This document shows, one piece after another, positions 43,197-56,065 of a DNA stretch of 64,000 bases (position 1 is its first letter; every line of letters begins with the position of its first letter). Both the position numbers and the translations under genes were made by a program. Origin of the DNA: Octopus vulgaris (taxonomy: Eukaryota); assembly GCA_951406725.2 (NCBI GenBank), contig OX597827.1, forward strand, positions 27,900,001 to 27,964,000. The letters are read 5' to 3'. A model generated the notes under the pieces. The model had not been told where the DNA came from. It searched no databases and was given only the letters and a program-made list of their open reading frames with translations.

Positions 43197-43288
43197 TATC
43201 TCTGAAGAGCGGAAGTGTAGTCTATAAATGCTTATCGATATAGGATTCCATTATAGGGATAATACTTCAGCGAAACAATCGTAAGGTG
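43197..43288 (+). ncRNA. Hammerhead ribozyme type I, long helix II (H7)
   Basis: UAUCU-CUGAAGA-GC-g-GAAGUGU...AUACUUC-a-GC-GAAA-CAAUCG-UA-AGGUG. Confidence 0.8.
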
Positions 43289-43431
43289 CTTTAAAAACTT
43301 AATTCGAAACTTTTAAACTGTTATATTTATATATATATATATACTTATACATGTTTACATATATTTATATTTTTAATACAACAATTATTCTACACACGTA
43401 TATGTCTGAAGAATTTCCTTATATTAATAAC

Positions 43432-43483
<52 letters not shown>

Positions 43484-43488
<5 letters not shown>

Positions 43489-44648
43489 CCTCCCTGAGTA
43501 GTTGCACATATTGCACCTCGACTCCTTGCCTCTGCAGCGAGTTCAGCACTGCGTTGGTTTCGACGCTATCGAAGGCCTTCTCATAGTCTACAAACGCAAC
43601 GCAAAGAGGCAGCTTGTACTCATTCGCTCGCTCAAGCAGTTGTGTTAGAGTAAATATATGGTTCATCGTGCTGTAGGGAGGCAAATTCCGGATGCACCAC
43701 CGACATAGCTCTGCTGTCATCACCCGTCCGAGTGTCGGTCGAGAAGGGAATGAAGCAAGGAGATACGATCTCTCCAAAACTTTCACCGCATGTCTTGGGC
43801 AGATTATCAGAGGCGTCGACTGGCAAGGCGGTGTCAACATCAATGGCGAGCTCCTCACCCACCTCCGTTTCGCTGACGACATCGTACTCATCGCTGAAAA
43901 CACGGATCAGCTTCAGACCATGCTGACGGAGCTCGACATCAAAAGCTCTGCAGTAAGTCTCAAGATGAGCCGCATGAAAACGAAGTTCATGCGGTCAGTC
44001 AACGTACCAAGTTGAATGGTGATAGGCAGTGATGAAATAAAGGAGGCAAAGGAGTATGTCTACCTGGGACAGGAAATGAATATGTGCCGAGATATCGAAA
44101 AGGAGATCTCACGGAAAGTAAGGGCTGGATGGAAGGCGTTTAATGGCATAAGGGATCTGCTCAAGGGAAGGTTGGACAGGACCACCCGCGCCAACCTCAT
44201 CAACAGTACAGTTCTACCTGCAATGTTATATGGTAGTGAAACATGGGCTACCACTAAGAGAGAAGAGCAGAGACTGGTAACGGCTCAAAGAGCCATGGAA
44301 AGGTCAATGCTTGGTATCTCGTTGAGAGAGCACATCAGTAGGGAAATCATCAGAAAGAAGTCCGGCGTGAGGATGTCATCGCAGAGTATACACGCAGCAA
44401 GTATAGATGGGCTGGACACATCGCCCGGCTCACCGATAATCGGTGGACCCACGCAGTTGTCGAGTGGTACCCGCGCGAGAGGAAACGACCACCCGGAAGG
44501 CCTTCACGACGGTGGAGTTACGATTACAGGAGGACGATTGGGATCACGTGGATGAGAAAGGCGCGATCCAGAGAGGAGTGGACAGCGTGCAGTGACCAGC
44601 GGTGTCAAATGGACGCCCGACGGACTGGTCGGTCAAGGTGATCAAGGT

Positions 44649-44650
<2 letters not shown>
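43484..44650 (+). mobile_element. RTE-clade LINE, 5'-truncated with 5' inversion (copy 1)
   Basis: Inverted 43484-43675 encodes YSTMNHIFTLTQLLE...FVDYEKAFDSVE...LLREAN; + strand encodes KGMKQGDTISPKL, LTHLRFADDIVLI, YVYLGQ, VLPAMLYGSETW; 3' end ggtcaaggtgatcaaggtga; (TA)n on both sides. Confidence 0.92.
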
Positions 44651-44718
<68 letters not shown>

Positions 44719-44722
<4 letters not shown>

Positions 44723-45150
44723 CTTGATCACCTTCACCGACCAGTCCGCCAGGCGTCCATTTGACACCGCTGGTCACTGCACGCTGTCCACTCCTCTCTG
44801 GATCGCGCCTTTCTCATCCACGTGATCCCAATCGTCCTCCTGAAATCGTAACTCCACCGTCGTGGAAGTCTTCCGGGTGGTCTTTTCCGTTCACGCAGGT
44901 ACCACTCGACAACTGCGTGGGTCCACCGATTATCGGTGAGCCGGGCGACGGTAGTGAAACATGGGCTACAACAAAGAGAGAAGAGCAAAGACTGGTAACG
45001 GCTCAAAGTGCCATGGAAAGGTCAATGCTTGGTATCTCGTCGAGAGAGCACATAAGTAGCGAGATCATCAGAAAGAAGTCCGGCGTGAGAGATGTCATCG
45101 CAGAGTATACACGCAGCAAGTATAGACGGGCTGGACACGTCGTGCGGCTT

Positions 45151-45156
<6 letters not shown>
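44719..45156 (-). mobile_element. RTE-clade LINE, short copy with 5' inversion (copy 2), tail-to-tail with copy 1
   Basis: 44719-44949 is the 3' end on minus (VARLTDNRWTHAVVEWYLRERKRPPGR); 44950-45156 is the preceding segment on + (GSETWATTKREEQRL...AGHVVRLTD). Confidence 0.9.
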
Positions 45157-45215
<59 letters not shown>

Positions 45216-45349
45216 TATGTAGTTGGAGACTAAATTATTCTTGTGTAACAAATATGAAAATCTTTAAACCGTAATTCAGTTAAACCACCAACGAACATAT
45301 ATATATGTATATATATATATCGTTTCAAATCACAAACCTCGACTTTAAA

Positions 45350-45495
45350 TACGAGCGGTTCGGCACGAAATACCGATAAAATAAGTATCAAGCTTAAAAA
45401 TGTATATACTGGGGTCAATTCATTCGACTAAAAATTCTTCAAGGTGATGCCCCGGCATGGCCGCAGTCTGATAATCGAAACAAGGAAAATAACGA
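45350..45495 (+). mobile_element. SINE family B 3' half
   Basis: agcggttcggcacgaaataccgataaaataagta...gcatggccgcagtc. Confidence 0.7.
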
Positions 45496-45507
45496 AACAA
45501 TATATAT

Positions 45508-45549
45508 AACTGCCTGACGAACGGGAACGTGAAACTCTGAGTAACAGTT
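45508..45549 (+). ncRNA. Minimal hammerhead ribozyme type I, intact core (H1)
   Basis: AACUG-c-CUGACGA-ACG-ggaa-CGU-GAAA-CUC-u-GAG-UA-a-CAGUU; GNRA-capped helix II. Confidence 0.85.
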
Positions 45550-45576
45550 TTTGTGATATTTTTGCTGCTTTTTAAC

Positions 45577-45620
<44 letters not shown>

Positions 45621-45644
45621 TGGAGTATATATAATATAATAGAA

Positions 45645-45689
<45 letters not shown>

Positions 45690-45906
45690 TATACTATATA
45701 TATATACATATATATATATATAACATATATATATCTTTATATATATACATATATATATATATCTTTATATATATAATATATGCATCTTTATATATATAAT
45801 ATATATATATATAAATATATATACATATATATATCTTTATATATACATATATATATCTTTATATATATACATATATATATCTTTATATATATAATATATG
45901 CATCTT

Positions 45907-45956
<50 letters not shown>

Positions 45957-46129
45957 CATATATTATATATATAAAGATATATATATATATGTATATATCC
46001 TTAAAAATCCTTAAAAATCCTTTAAAATGTTTTAGCCCGAAGGCCTATATTATATATATATATAAAGATGCATATATTATATATATAAAGATATATATAT
46101 GTATATATATAAAGATATATATGCATCTT

Positions 46130-46193
<64 letters not shown>

Positions 46194-46742
46194 GAAAACT
46201 TATGCAAGCACGTAAAATCTCTCACCACTCCTCTCATTTCGATAGCAACTGGATTCCACTTTATTCTTGTCATAACTTAAACCGAAGCAGACCTCGACGT
46301 TTGATATCTAAACCACTTATCATTCTTTAGAAGTTTACCATTCTTTAGAAGTTTTCAATTTACTAGAAGAAAAAAAAATCAATATATTTTCCTAAGTCGC
46401 CGATCTTTTACATATTCCTTTGAAACTTAGAGCGTTCAACAATGCTAATTTAAAACGTTGCTATTTTACAAACATACATTGTAGTCTTCAACAAAAGCTG
46501 CTAAGATAATATCGCGAGGCAGCGGAGTCGTTCAAATGTTCTTCAGGTTTTTATTGGTTTATTTTTCTATCACTCTTCCATCACTTCCTTCATTCTTATG
46601 CTCTGCTGTGTGTTATGTAATTTCTGCTCACTAAAAATTGCCAAACGTACAACAACAGATGATATACTTCACACATTAACAAGCATACGCACATGCACAC
46701 GTCCCCAGACACAAACACCAAATCACATTAGTGTCCGCGTAT

Positions 46743-46785
<43 letters not shown>

Positions 46786-46974
46786 TGTGTGTGTGTGGGG
46801 TTAATTAAACGAAGAAAACTTCTGATACTTAAGACGAATCGTAAATTTTGAAACTAAACAAGTTGGATCATATAAATCATATATAGCCTATTCAATCAGA
46901 CAATTTATTAACCGAACAATACACACACAGAAACACACACACACACACACACAAATATATGTGTGTTTGTGTGT

Positions 46975-47230
46975 GAGGGCGTATGATTTAGTGGTTAGGA
47001 TGTTGCACTTACGGTCGGCAGATCGTGATTTCAATTCCCAGATTGGTCGGTGTGTTATGCTTTTGAGCAAAACACTTCATCTCACGTCGCTCTGCAATCA
47101 CTTTGACACCTGACGAGTGATACACCTTTTCACCTATTCAGGCAACATCGATCTGATAAAGAGATCGATCTAATGTGCGGCACGAACATATAAACATTAT
47201 AAGCAAACCATTATTGCTGGTAGTACTGAA
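46975..47230 (+). mobile_element. tRNA-derived SINE family C
   Basis: A-box-like tgatttagtggttagg, B-box-like gatttcaattccc, CORE-like ttgagcaaaacactt. Confidence 0.6.
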
Positions 47231-47526
47231 AAAGCTGAACGGTCATATAATCATTCATTCATAAACTCCACACACAACATGGACACAATTTTTTTTCTTA
47301 AGAAAATACGTATTCAAATAAATTTTAATGTCATGATTAGCAAAAATAAAATCGGTTGACAAACACAATATAAGATGCATTAAAAATTATATTAAAACTC
47401 TGTAAAGTGCGTGCATTTTCCTTCTTTAGTTTCTTATCTACTCACCATGTGGGGTAATGGAAGTTCTTCCTTTTTTGTTACTATGTATATATTTATATAT
47501 GTGTATGTGTGTGTATGTATGTGTTT

Positions 47527-47560
<34 letters not shown>

Positions 47561-48382
47561 ATATATATATATATATATACATAAACACACACACTAATAT
47601 ATGTATACAGATATATATACATATATATATATATATGATAATCAGTTTCCTTATTTTCATTCATCGATATATCTTCGATATTCCCTTGTATAAATTGCAT
47701 TCTATGAGGAGGCTCAAAAATAAGTGTATGTCTATATATGTATGTATGCATGTATGTATGTATGTTTGTATACGTGTATGCATAGATAAAGCGATAGAAG
47801 AAAACAGCAACAAGGCAGAATCAGTTTACGACAAAACATTTCATTTCATCTCCAGAGAAGAAAATTATGACGTTTTGGAAAATTTAATTCTTCATAATAA
47901 TGGAGACAAACATGAAAAATAAATAAGTCAGTAAGTGAATAACGAAAGACAGAAAGAAAGAAAGAAAGAAAGATCAAGGTATAATATCTAGGTGCATCTT
48001 GTCTATATGTCAAGCATTGACTGGTGAGAAGAAAATTATCGTGTTTGATGTCCCCAATCTGGAGAGTGAATTCAAAGCTGTTCTTTGGCCTATACATATA
48101 GGTTGAAAAGGTTACAAGACGCAACGAAAACTTTAGAAAAAAAAAAAACGCAAAGAAGAAAGAAGTGGGAATTTTATTGGTGAGTGTGTTAAATAATAAT
48201 GCACCAAAAGAGAATGACTCTCCCCAGATAAAACAGAATATACTTTAACACACGAACTCACATATACATATATACATATACATACATACATGTACGTATG
48301 TATGTATGTTTGTATATATATGTATGTATATATATGTTTGTATATATATGTATGTATATATATGTATGCATATATATGTTTG

Positions 48383-48414
<32 letters not shown>

Positions 48415-48470
48415 TGTATGTATGTATGTATGTATGTATGTATGTATGTATGTATGTATGTATGTGTATG

Positions 48471-48523
<53 letters not shown>

Positions 48524-48654
48524 ATATATTAGAAGGTTTGAAGATGATGTACAGGTATTTTATATTAGAAGAATTGAGGTACTCAGAAATTCGGATGGTT
48601 TTAGATTTACGGATATTACATGTTTTTATACATCATATAATTTATATCATATAT

Positions 48655-48697
48655 CATATATTAGCGCTTTCTCCCATCCTAGTGGGGTTTTCAAATC
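48655..48697 (-). ncRNA. Decayed hammerhead-like motif
   Basis: Minus: au-UUGAAAA-CCC-cacuaggau-GGG-a-GAAA-GCGC-UA-au; core has two substitutions. Confidence 0.35.
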
Positions 48698-48703
48698 GAA
48701 CTA

Positions 48704-48793
<90 letters not shown>

Positions 48794-48841
48794 ATATATA
48801 TATATATATTTATACATATTTTCTTTTTCGTAACATATTTC

Positions 48842-48915
<74 letters not shown>

Positions 48916-48955
48916 TATATATATTTATACATATTTTCTTTTCGTAACATATTTC

Positions 48956-48988
<33 letters not shown>

Positions 48989-48989
<1 letters not shown>

Positions 48990-49355
48990 TTCTATTCCAT
49001 CCACCCCTTCTCCACTTCAGTCTGCAGTTACCATTCCCCCGGATCTTCCCCTCTCTGCGGCGGAACGCTCCATCATCAGTAGGGGTCTGCCTTTCATCCC
49101 CCTCACTCCATCCTGTAGGGAATTCCAGACGCGAGCTGATGTCCACAGCTCTGTGCGCCGCGTCTGGTTGGGTGCGTTTTTCCGCGACATACCACCCGCC
49201 GCCGACCATCCCAATGGACGCCTGCCCCCGGCCAGTTCCAAGCAGTGGATATTTTCGCGGGTGCCTGTCAGCGCGCGTTGGAGCGGTTCAACTTCTCTAG
49301 GAGCCACCGGGTGAGCTCTCGGCTCTTCGTTCTCTCCGACGGCGCGCTGACATTG
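48989..49355 (-). mobile_element. GC-rich fragment, possibly a LINE 3' end, abutting (TA)n
   Basis: Sharp GC rise; minus [17 protein letters not shown] resembles the WNxL motif at LINE ORF2 C-termini. Confidence 0.35.
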
Positions 49356-49524
49356 TCATTAAATCGGATAGAGTAGATGGAAACTGAATGAAGCCCGCCA
49401 AATATATGTGTGTGTCTGTGCGTGTGTGTGTGCGCGTCTGTGTTCGTACCCCCTACCATCGCTTGATGCTGGTGTGTAACCTAGCGATGCGGCAAAAGAT
49501 ACTGAGAGAATAAGAACTAGGGCA

Positions 49525-50255
49525 AACCCAACAGAATTAAATGTTTGTCTAATAATTCTAAGATTAAGAATTCTATTTACCAGTGTAAAATTTCTTCCGG
49601 TACCGATGTCTTCTACTTAGGTGCGTCCACTTCCCAGTTATCCAAGAGAATTTCAAACCATTATTCATCAATTAGGGATAGTAAAAAACGACATAGTACA
49701 GGGCTAAGTAAATTAGTTTGGCGTCTTAAAGACAATAATATAGATTTTAAGTTAGATTGGTTCATACTGTCTGTATCCTTTCCTTTTGATAAGGGCAGGA
49801 GATTTTGTAACATTTGCAACTCTGAACCCTTCCATATTCTCTTCTCTAAGGATCCCCTTGTAAACACACTTATAGAGAAATCGTACAAATGTAAACACTG
49901 GCAGAAACATACTTTTTACTCATATAAATGATTTCGATAGTCATTATAGTTTGAACAATTAGTTTACGTGCACTCCACTACAATAGAGAAACTCTTTCCT
50001 AAGCCTTTGAACATTCTTTTTATCAACGTACCCCTCCCTCTCTATTTGTTCCCTACTTATTATTCCTTTAACCCTTCTCTTCCTACTATCTAATTTTGAC
50101 GTCAATTCTACTAACGGTTTTTTTAAACACTTATTATCGTTTTGTTTACCATGTAGGCAGTCATCGCAATTATTATTTTGTCTTGTTGTTGAGAGAGGCT
50201 CCCTTTCTTTCCTGATGAGAAGATTGCATCTTGCACCGTTTATTCCTTTGGAATA
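49525..50255 (+). mobile_element. 5'-truncated PLE of a second clade (Naiad/Nematis-like): GIY-YIG C-terminus, 3' UTR, decayed HHR
   Basis: ORF 49545-49931: SIYQCKI...FYLGAST...KRISNHYSS...STGLSKLVWRLKD...W.IL...CNICNSE..HI...N...KCKH; CTGATGA-g-AAGAT-tgc-ATCTT-gcac at 50212-50236. Confidence 0.8.
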
Positions 50256-50284
50256 AAACGATGTTTATGCGGTAAAGGAAGACG

Positions 50285-50590
50285 CCGACTGCGACAATGG
50301 CGATGATAATAATGACGACGACAACGACGAAGACATGGATGACGATGACGACGATGAAGGGCATAATGAAGAGGCGACAGAGTGAAGGAGTCGGGGCGGG
50401 ATGGGGGGGAGGAGCATTCTGCTGATGACGACGACGATGATCATGGTGCGGCTTATGATGTTTATGACGGCGATAATATTTGTATCGTTAATGATGTTGA
50501 CGATGATCATAAATGTGACAGATGCTTTAATATGATGGCGATGATGATATTGATGAGGATGATGATGACGATGACGACGATGGCGACGGT
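50285..50590. repeat. Cryptic (GAT/GAC)n low-complexity tract
   Basis: Direct reading; interrupted by stops. Confidence 0.8.
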
Positions 50591-50633
50591 GCTACGTCTG
50601 TAATTCCATAGGTTATTCTTATTGTTGTTGTTA

Positions 50634-51078
50634 AAGCGGCGAGCTGACAGAAACGTTAGTACGCCCGGTGAAATGCTCAGTAGTATTTCGTCTGCCGTTA
50701 CGTTCTGAGTTCAAATTCCGCCAACGTCGACTTTGCCTTTCATCCTTTCGGGATCGATAAATTAAGTACCAATTATGCACTGGGGTCGATGTAATCGACT
50801 TAATCCCTTTGTCTGTCCTTGTTTGCCCCATCTCTATGTATGTCCCCTCTATTGCTCTTGTGAACAATAAAGAAATAAGAAACGTTAGCACGCCGGGCGA
50901 AATGCTTAGCGGCATTTTTATCGTCTTTGCATTGCGAGTACAAATTCTGGCGAGGTTGACTTTGCATTTCATCTTTCGGGGTCGAAAAAATAAGTACCAG
51001 TTACGCTCTGGGGTCGTCGATGTTATCAACCTAATCCCCCACTAAATTTCAAGCCTTGTGCCTAGAATAGAAAGGATT
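50634..51078 (+). mobile_element. SINE family A dimer (A1 followed by head-clipped A2)
   Basis: A1 ends aataaagaaata, followed directly by agaaacgttagcacgccgggcg...ccttgtgcctagaatagaaagg. Confidence 0.85.
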
Positions 51079-51224
51079 ATTATTATATTTGTTATTCTCA
51101 TAAATGTGATTGATATTCTGAAAATTGCGAAGATTTTATATTTTATAAAGAAATTGTTGTATATTGTTTTTGTCTTTTTTCTTTTGCTGTTGCTTAGCCC
51201 TAATTTAGCCACGATTCAGCTGCT

Positions 51225-51612
51225 TTATCTTCGACATGTTTCCGTCACTAGACTGCGGCCATGCAGGAGCACCGCCTTGAAGAATTTTAGAGGAACGAAT
51301 CGACCCCTGTACTTAGATTTTTTAAACTATCGATCTCTATTGCCAAACCGCTAGACTACGGGGACGTAAACGCACCAAAACGGGATACCAAGCAGTAGTG
51401 GGGAGCAAACTCAGAGACAATGATACACACCCGCACACTCGAACGCACGCAAACAATATATACAACAGGCTTCTCTCAGTTTCCGTCTATCAAATCCACT
51501 CACAAGGTTTTGGTCGGCCTTAGGTTATATAAGATATCCGACCAAGGTGTCACTGCAGTTCGACTGAACCCAAAACCATGTGGTTAGAAAGCGTTGTTCC
51601 AGCCGTGACCAT
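51225..51612 (-). mobile_element. SINE family B, near full length, degraded
   Basis: Reverse homology to 16987-17428 from tail to head. Confidence 0.8.
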
Positions 51613-51709
51613 ACCGTCTTTTGAGAAGCTGTCTTGGATTACATTATTGTATCTCTTCGTTTGAAGACAACGTACGATTTTGAAAACATCTGAGATCGCC
51701 ATCGTCTAT

Positions 51710-52125
51710 CTTGTTGTAGTGGTAGTTGTTTTGCTAGTGGTATTTGTTGTTGTTAATACAGTTACAATTCTCGTTTCTAACGCTGCTGCTGCAGCTATTA
51801 TTTACATAATTTCTATTTCTGGAGTTTTGTTTTATTTTTGCTGGTGTCCTCCTCTTGAAGCAGCTGCTATGTTTTTGTTGTTGCTGTTGCTGTCGTTGCC
51901 TTTCTTGCTGCTGTTTTCCATGCAAGTGTTGCACTCTTGTTATCGTTGATTTTGTTACTGTTGTTGTAATTTGTTGTTGCTGTTGTTGATGTTGTTGTTT
52001 ATGCTGCTGTCGTTGTTGTCGTCGTTGGTGCTGCTAGTGTTATGATGCTATTCTTGACAGTATTGTTGCTGCTGCTGAAGTTGTTGTTGTTGTTGTTGCC
52101 ACTGCTACAGCTGTTGTTGTTGTCA
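51710..52125. repeat. Cryptic (GTT/GCT)n low-complexity tract
   Basis: Direct reading. Confidence 0.8.
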
Positions 52126-52412
52126 AATAAGCGAAAATTGTCAACTCCATTTTCTATTTCGAAATGAAGAAGCCGAAAGGTATAAAGCAGTTGCCACGGA
52201 ATAAGTAAGTGGATTGTGAATGGGAGACGATGAGGAAGACAAAGAGAGGTGTGTGTGTGTGTCTACGTGAGGGAAAGAGAGTGAGCGAGAGAAAGACAGA
52301 AGAAAGAGAAGGGGAGGCGAAAAAGGGGGAGACAGGGTTTGTGAGATAGAGGGGAGAAGATAGATTATGACAGCAAATATTTATAAAGGAGATTGTGTAT
52401 GTGTGTGTAAGA

Positions 52413-52453
<41 letters not shown>

Positions 52454-52577
52454 ACAAGGAAGAGGGAAGGGAGAGAAAATAGATTTCTCTGGAATTGAGA
52501 AGTAAGCGGAAAGCAAATTCACATAAACATGGGCGCGTGGCTCCGCACAAGATTCCACATATAACGATATATGTATG

Positions 52578-52648
<71 letters not shown>

Positions 52649-52736
52649 ATGCGTGTATATACATACATATATACGTATGTATGTAGATGTAAGTATATAT
52701 ATATGTATACATATGTATATACATGTTTACATATAA

Positions 52737-52775
<39 letters not shown>

Positions 52776-52792
52776 TACATCTATATATTTTT

Positions 52793-52866
<74 letters not shown>

Positions 52867-53163
52867 GGAGAGAGAGAGGGGGGAGAAGGAGAAAGAAAGA
52901 CAGGAGAGTATGAAGAAGTTGTTGCGAGAGAGCGCAGGATCGAGTGTGTGATACATGTGTGGACATATTGCGTAAATGCTTGTGCTGTTCTGCGTGAGCG
53001 CGCGCGCGTGTGTTTGTGTGTGTGCGTGTGTGAAAGGTTGCCGTGTGTCTGTTTCTGAGTCTGTGTGTTTGTTCCTGCACGCGTGCGTCTGTGTGCGTGA
53101 GAAAGAGCAAGAGACAGATAGAAATTCAGAAACGGAGATAGAGACAGAGAGGGAGAAAGATAT

Positions 53164-53235
<72 letters not shown>

Positions 53236-54515
53236 GGATAGAAATAACGGAGGAAAGAAAGAGACAAATAAAGGTAAGGAATGTGTGTGTATGTATGCAG
53301 CAAGCTGGTTGTGTGCGGATGTAAATACGTATGTAAAGAATTATATGTCGCGTTAGTGTGTGTGTTGGTTTGTGAAAGTATTAGCAGCAGAGGCGAAATG
53401 AATTATATAAGAATGAATACATATGTGTTTGTTCAAACGTTTATGAGACTATGTGCGAATGTGTGCGGCGAAGTCAATTATTGGTACGAAACGGTGCAGC
53501 TGCGTTCTAGCGGAAGATTAATTGCTGTTCACCACTAAGACGCGAAATAGGAGAACCACCGTCCTTTATCAAACAGCACAGCGCAAAGCTGCTAGATGTG
53601 ACGAACGACAAACCTTTTCTGATCGAGGGCCTTTTACTGCATACCCCAAAGGGTCTTCTCTAAAGAATAACGATTAGTCTCTAACCGGTTTAACCTATGT
53701 ATAATAAACCACAGATTAGGAATTTTTAAAGTAGATGGCATTTTTGTTGGAGCAAGTAATGCTGCCTGTAATATCAAGGAACAGAGCCATGAGTTAAAAC
53801 AAGTGCCGTCCTTTATAATGTAAAAAGCGGTGCAATGCTTGTGGATGTTTTGCTGCAGGTAGAGCAAGTATTTCTTGAAAAATAGCAACAAGTCTATGAT
53901 CGATGTAAGCTATGTACAATAAACTCCAGTTTTATACAGCTGATGGCATTTTCGGCATTTTTGTAGGTGCAGGCCATGTGGCTCTTAATATCGAAAGAAA
54001 AACTAGAAACCTGAATGGTGGTGATATTTCAGATGAAGAGAAACGTATTTTAGCGAGAGTAGAAGCAGGACGAGAACCGGATTAGGATGTGGGGGAAGGA
54101 TAAGTAACTATGAAGACAAAAACTAAAGCATTCAAGTAGTATTTGTGTTTGAAAGAAAGGAAAATATGTTTGTGAAAGTTATGGGAAGTGACTGGACCAG
54201 ATTGAAACAGATAAAAGCTTTCTCTGTGTGGTCCGCTGGGGAAGACGTGAAATGGGATTGAAAGTAAAAAGGAGAAGAATCGGGGTGATACTGAGCTGGG
54301 TACGGAGCAAAAACTAAATATGTAGCTAGCATCGAGGATGAGACAGTAAGAAATATCTATGAGCGGTCGAAGTTAAGTACATTGCTAGAAGATATAGGCT
54401 GTTAGGTATGCCTTGACATTGAAGCCGGAGCCTTGGGTAACTGCGAGCAGATAAGTAGATAAGCTTGTCTCTTTTGCTCGCTATCTATACACACGCACTC
54501 ACACACACGCACACA

Positions 54516-54546
<31 letters not shown>

Positions 54547-54831
54547 GCGTACATGCACACAAATACACGTATGTATTTCACCGTCACTTAGGTTTTTCGA
54601 TATAATGTATTCGGATCACCTCGAAACGGACAATATCTACTGTTCTCAGTGATTCTGAGGCGAGTTGTCTGTCCTAAACTGGGACATAGAGGTATTCTCT
54701 AAGACTCAGCACCATCTATGGAGCTTTCCCTGGATATTTTCTTGCAGCAAATCTGGCCAATAAACAAAATACATACGCTATGTATGTACGACAGATAACG
54801 TTTACATTTTTAGAGATATTTTGATTCGCAA

Positions 54832-54868
<37 letters not shown>

Positions 54869-54954
54869 TATATTGCCACAGGAGTGACGGTGTGGAAAGA
54901 AGCTTGCTTCCCAACCATATGTTTCAGGGTTCAGTCCCAAATATATATATATAT

Positions 54955-55290
54955 AGTTAATCCAAGCATGAAAATACAAAGAGAAAACACAACAACGCGA
55001 GGACGCGGAATAAGTATAGTGTTATTGGACGCTCAGGAAAGGAAAGAAAGAAGGAGGATTTAACGGTTCGACCGGAGCTCTTCGTCAGAAACATAGAAAA
55101 AGGAAGGGAAGGCGGAGGAAAAGAAATCGCCAATGATACACACGTGGTCACATATTGAATGACCGGAAGGGAATGGGTGAAGATAAAAAAAATCTTTCAA
55201 AGACAGGAGAGTGCAAGAGAAGGAGGTATATGTGTGTATGTGTGGGTATATGCGTGCGCGCAGATCTGTGTGTGTGTAATGATAGCATGT

Positions 55291-55344
<54 letters not shown>

Positions 55345-55572
55345 TTGGGCTTAGTATCGTTTAAGTTCATAGGAAGAATTTATAGTAGGAGTGGCTCCTC
55401 TGTTGTGCGTCTACCTACACATGTGCGTAGGGGAATGGTCAGTGGAAGGTACTGGTAGTTTGAAGTATGTGTGTGTGCGTGTATGTATATGTAGTGTGTG
55501 CGTGTGTATGTGTATATGTGTGTGTTCGTGTGCATATGAGTGTATGCGTAAGGGCTGTGTGTGTGTGTGGGA
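54955..55572 (-). mobile_element. Neptune-like PLE 3' end: CA-rich tract plus pLTR with minimal HHR (55059-55092)
   Basis: Minus: uuu-CUGACGA-a-GAGC-ucc-GGUC-GAAC-cg-uu-aaa; homologous to 36440-36598; follows a SINE B head (54875-54940). Confidence 0.75.
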
Positions 55573-55740
55573 AGAATATATATATATAAACAACTTTAAA
55601 TAAGGGCAAACGAAAACATTTCTAATGCCAAATATGCCGAAAATTGGACATATTGTCCATTTACCATATAATTTTTTTCTCAGTACGCACGCTACTCGAA
55701 AAAAGGTCGACAGAAATTTCTAAAAAATTCCATTATTACC

Positions 55741-55796
55741 ATATCAGACCGATTTCAGGGTTAGTTCAAAAAGAACCCTCCCTTCGTCAGTGATAC
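55741..55796 (-). ncRNA. Hammerhead ribozyme type I, intact core (H3)
   Basis: Minus: GUAUCA-CUGACGA-AGGG-agg-GUUC-uuuuu-GAAC-uaa-CCCU-GAAA-UCGG-UC-UGAUAU; 6-bp helix I, GUC site; cassette 55595-55845. Confidence 0.85.
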
Positions 55797-55988
55797 ATGT
55801 GGCAAAGAAGTAAATGAGATACTTACTCATACCCATGGAAGAAGCAAACACTAAGTCATGAGCACAACTAAGTACCCCAAATAAATCCCAAATAGAAATA
55901 CTGCAGCCCATTCAAGGCACGTGCGATTTGAACTGAGGCACTCACAGAGTGGGAGAGTCCGGAAGTGAACACTATTAAATTTATATAT

Positions 55989-56058
<70 letters not shown>

Positions 56059-56065
56059 TAATATA

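Noticed and set aside
46975-47045. tRNA-like sequence
   Set aside because: Degenerate cloverleaf continuing into a SINE body; not a tRNA gene.
50285-52125. Poly-Asp and poly-Gln/Thr-like ORFs
   Set aside because: Cryptic triplet repeats with stops; no exon evidence.
52150-53285. Splice-donor-like gtaagt/gtaagg sites hinting at host exons
   Set aside because: No matching acceptor-bounded ORF with protein-like content; a small or non-coding exon cannot be excluded without RNA data.
53630-54420. Possible old LINE 3' relic on the minus strand
   Set aside because: Too decayed to show diagnostic motifs.
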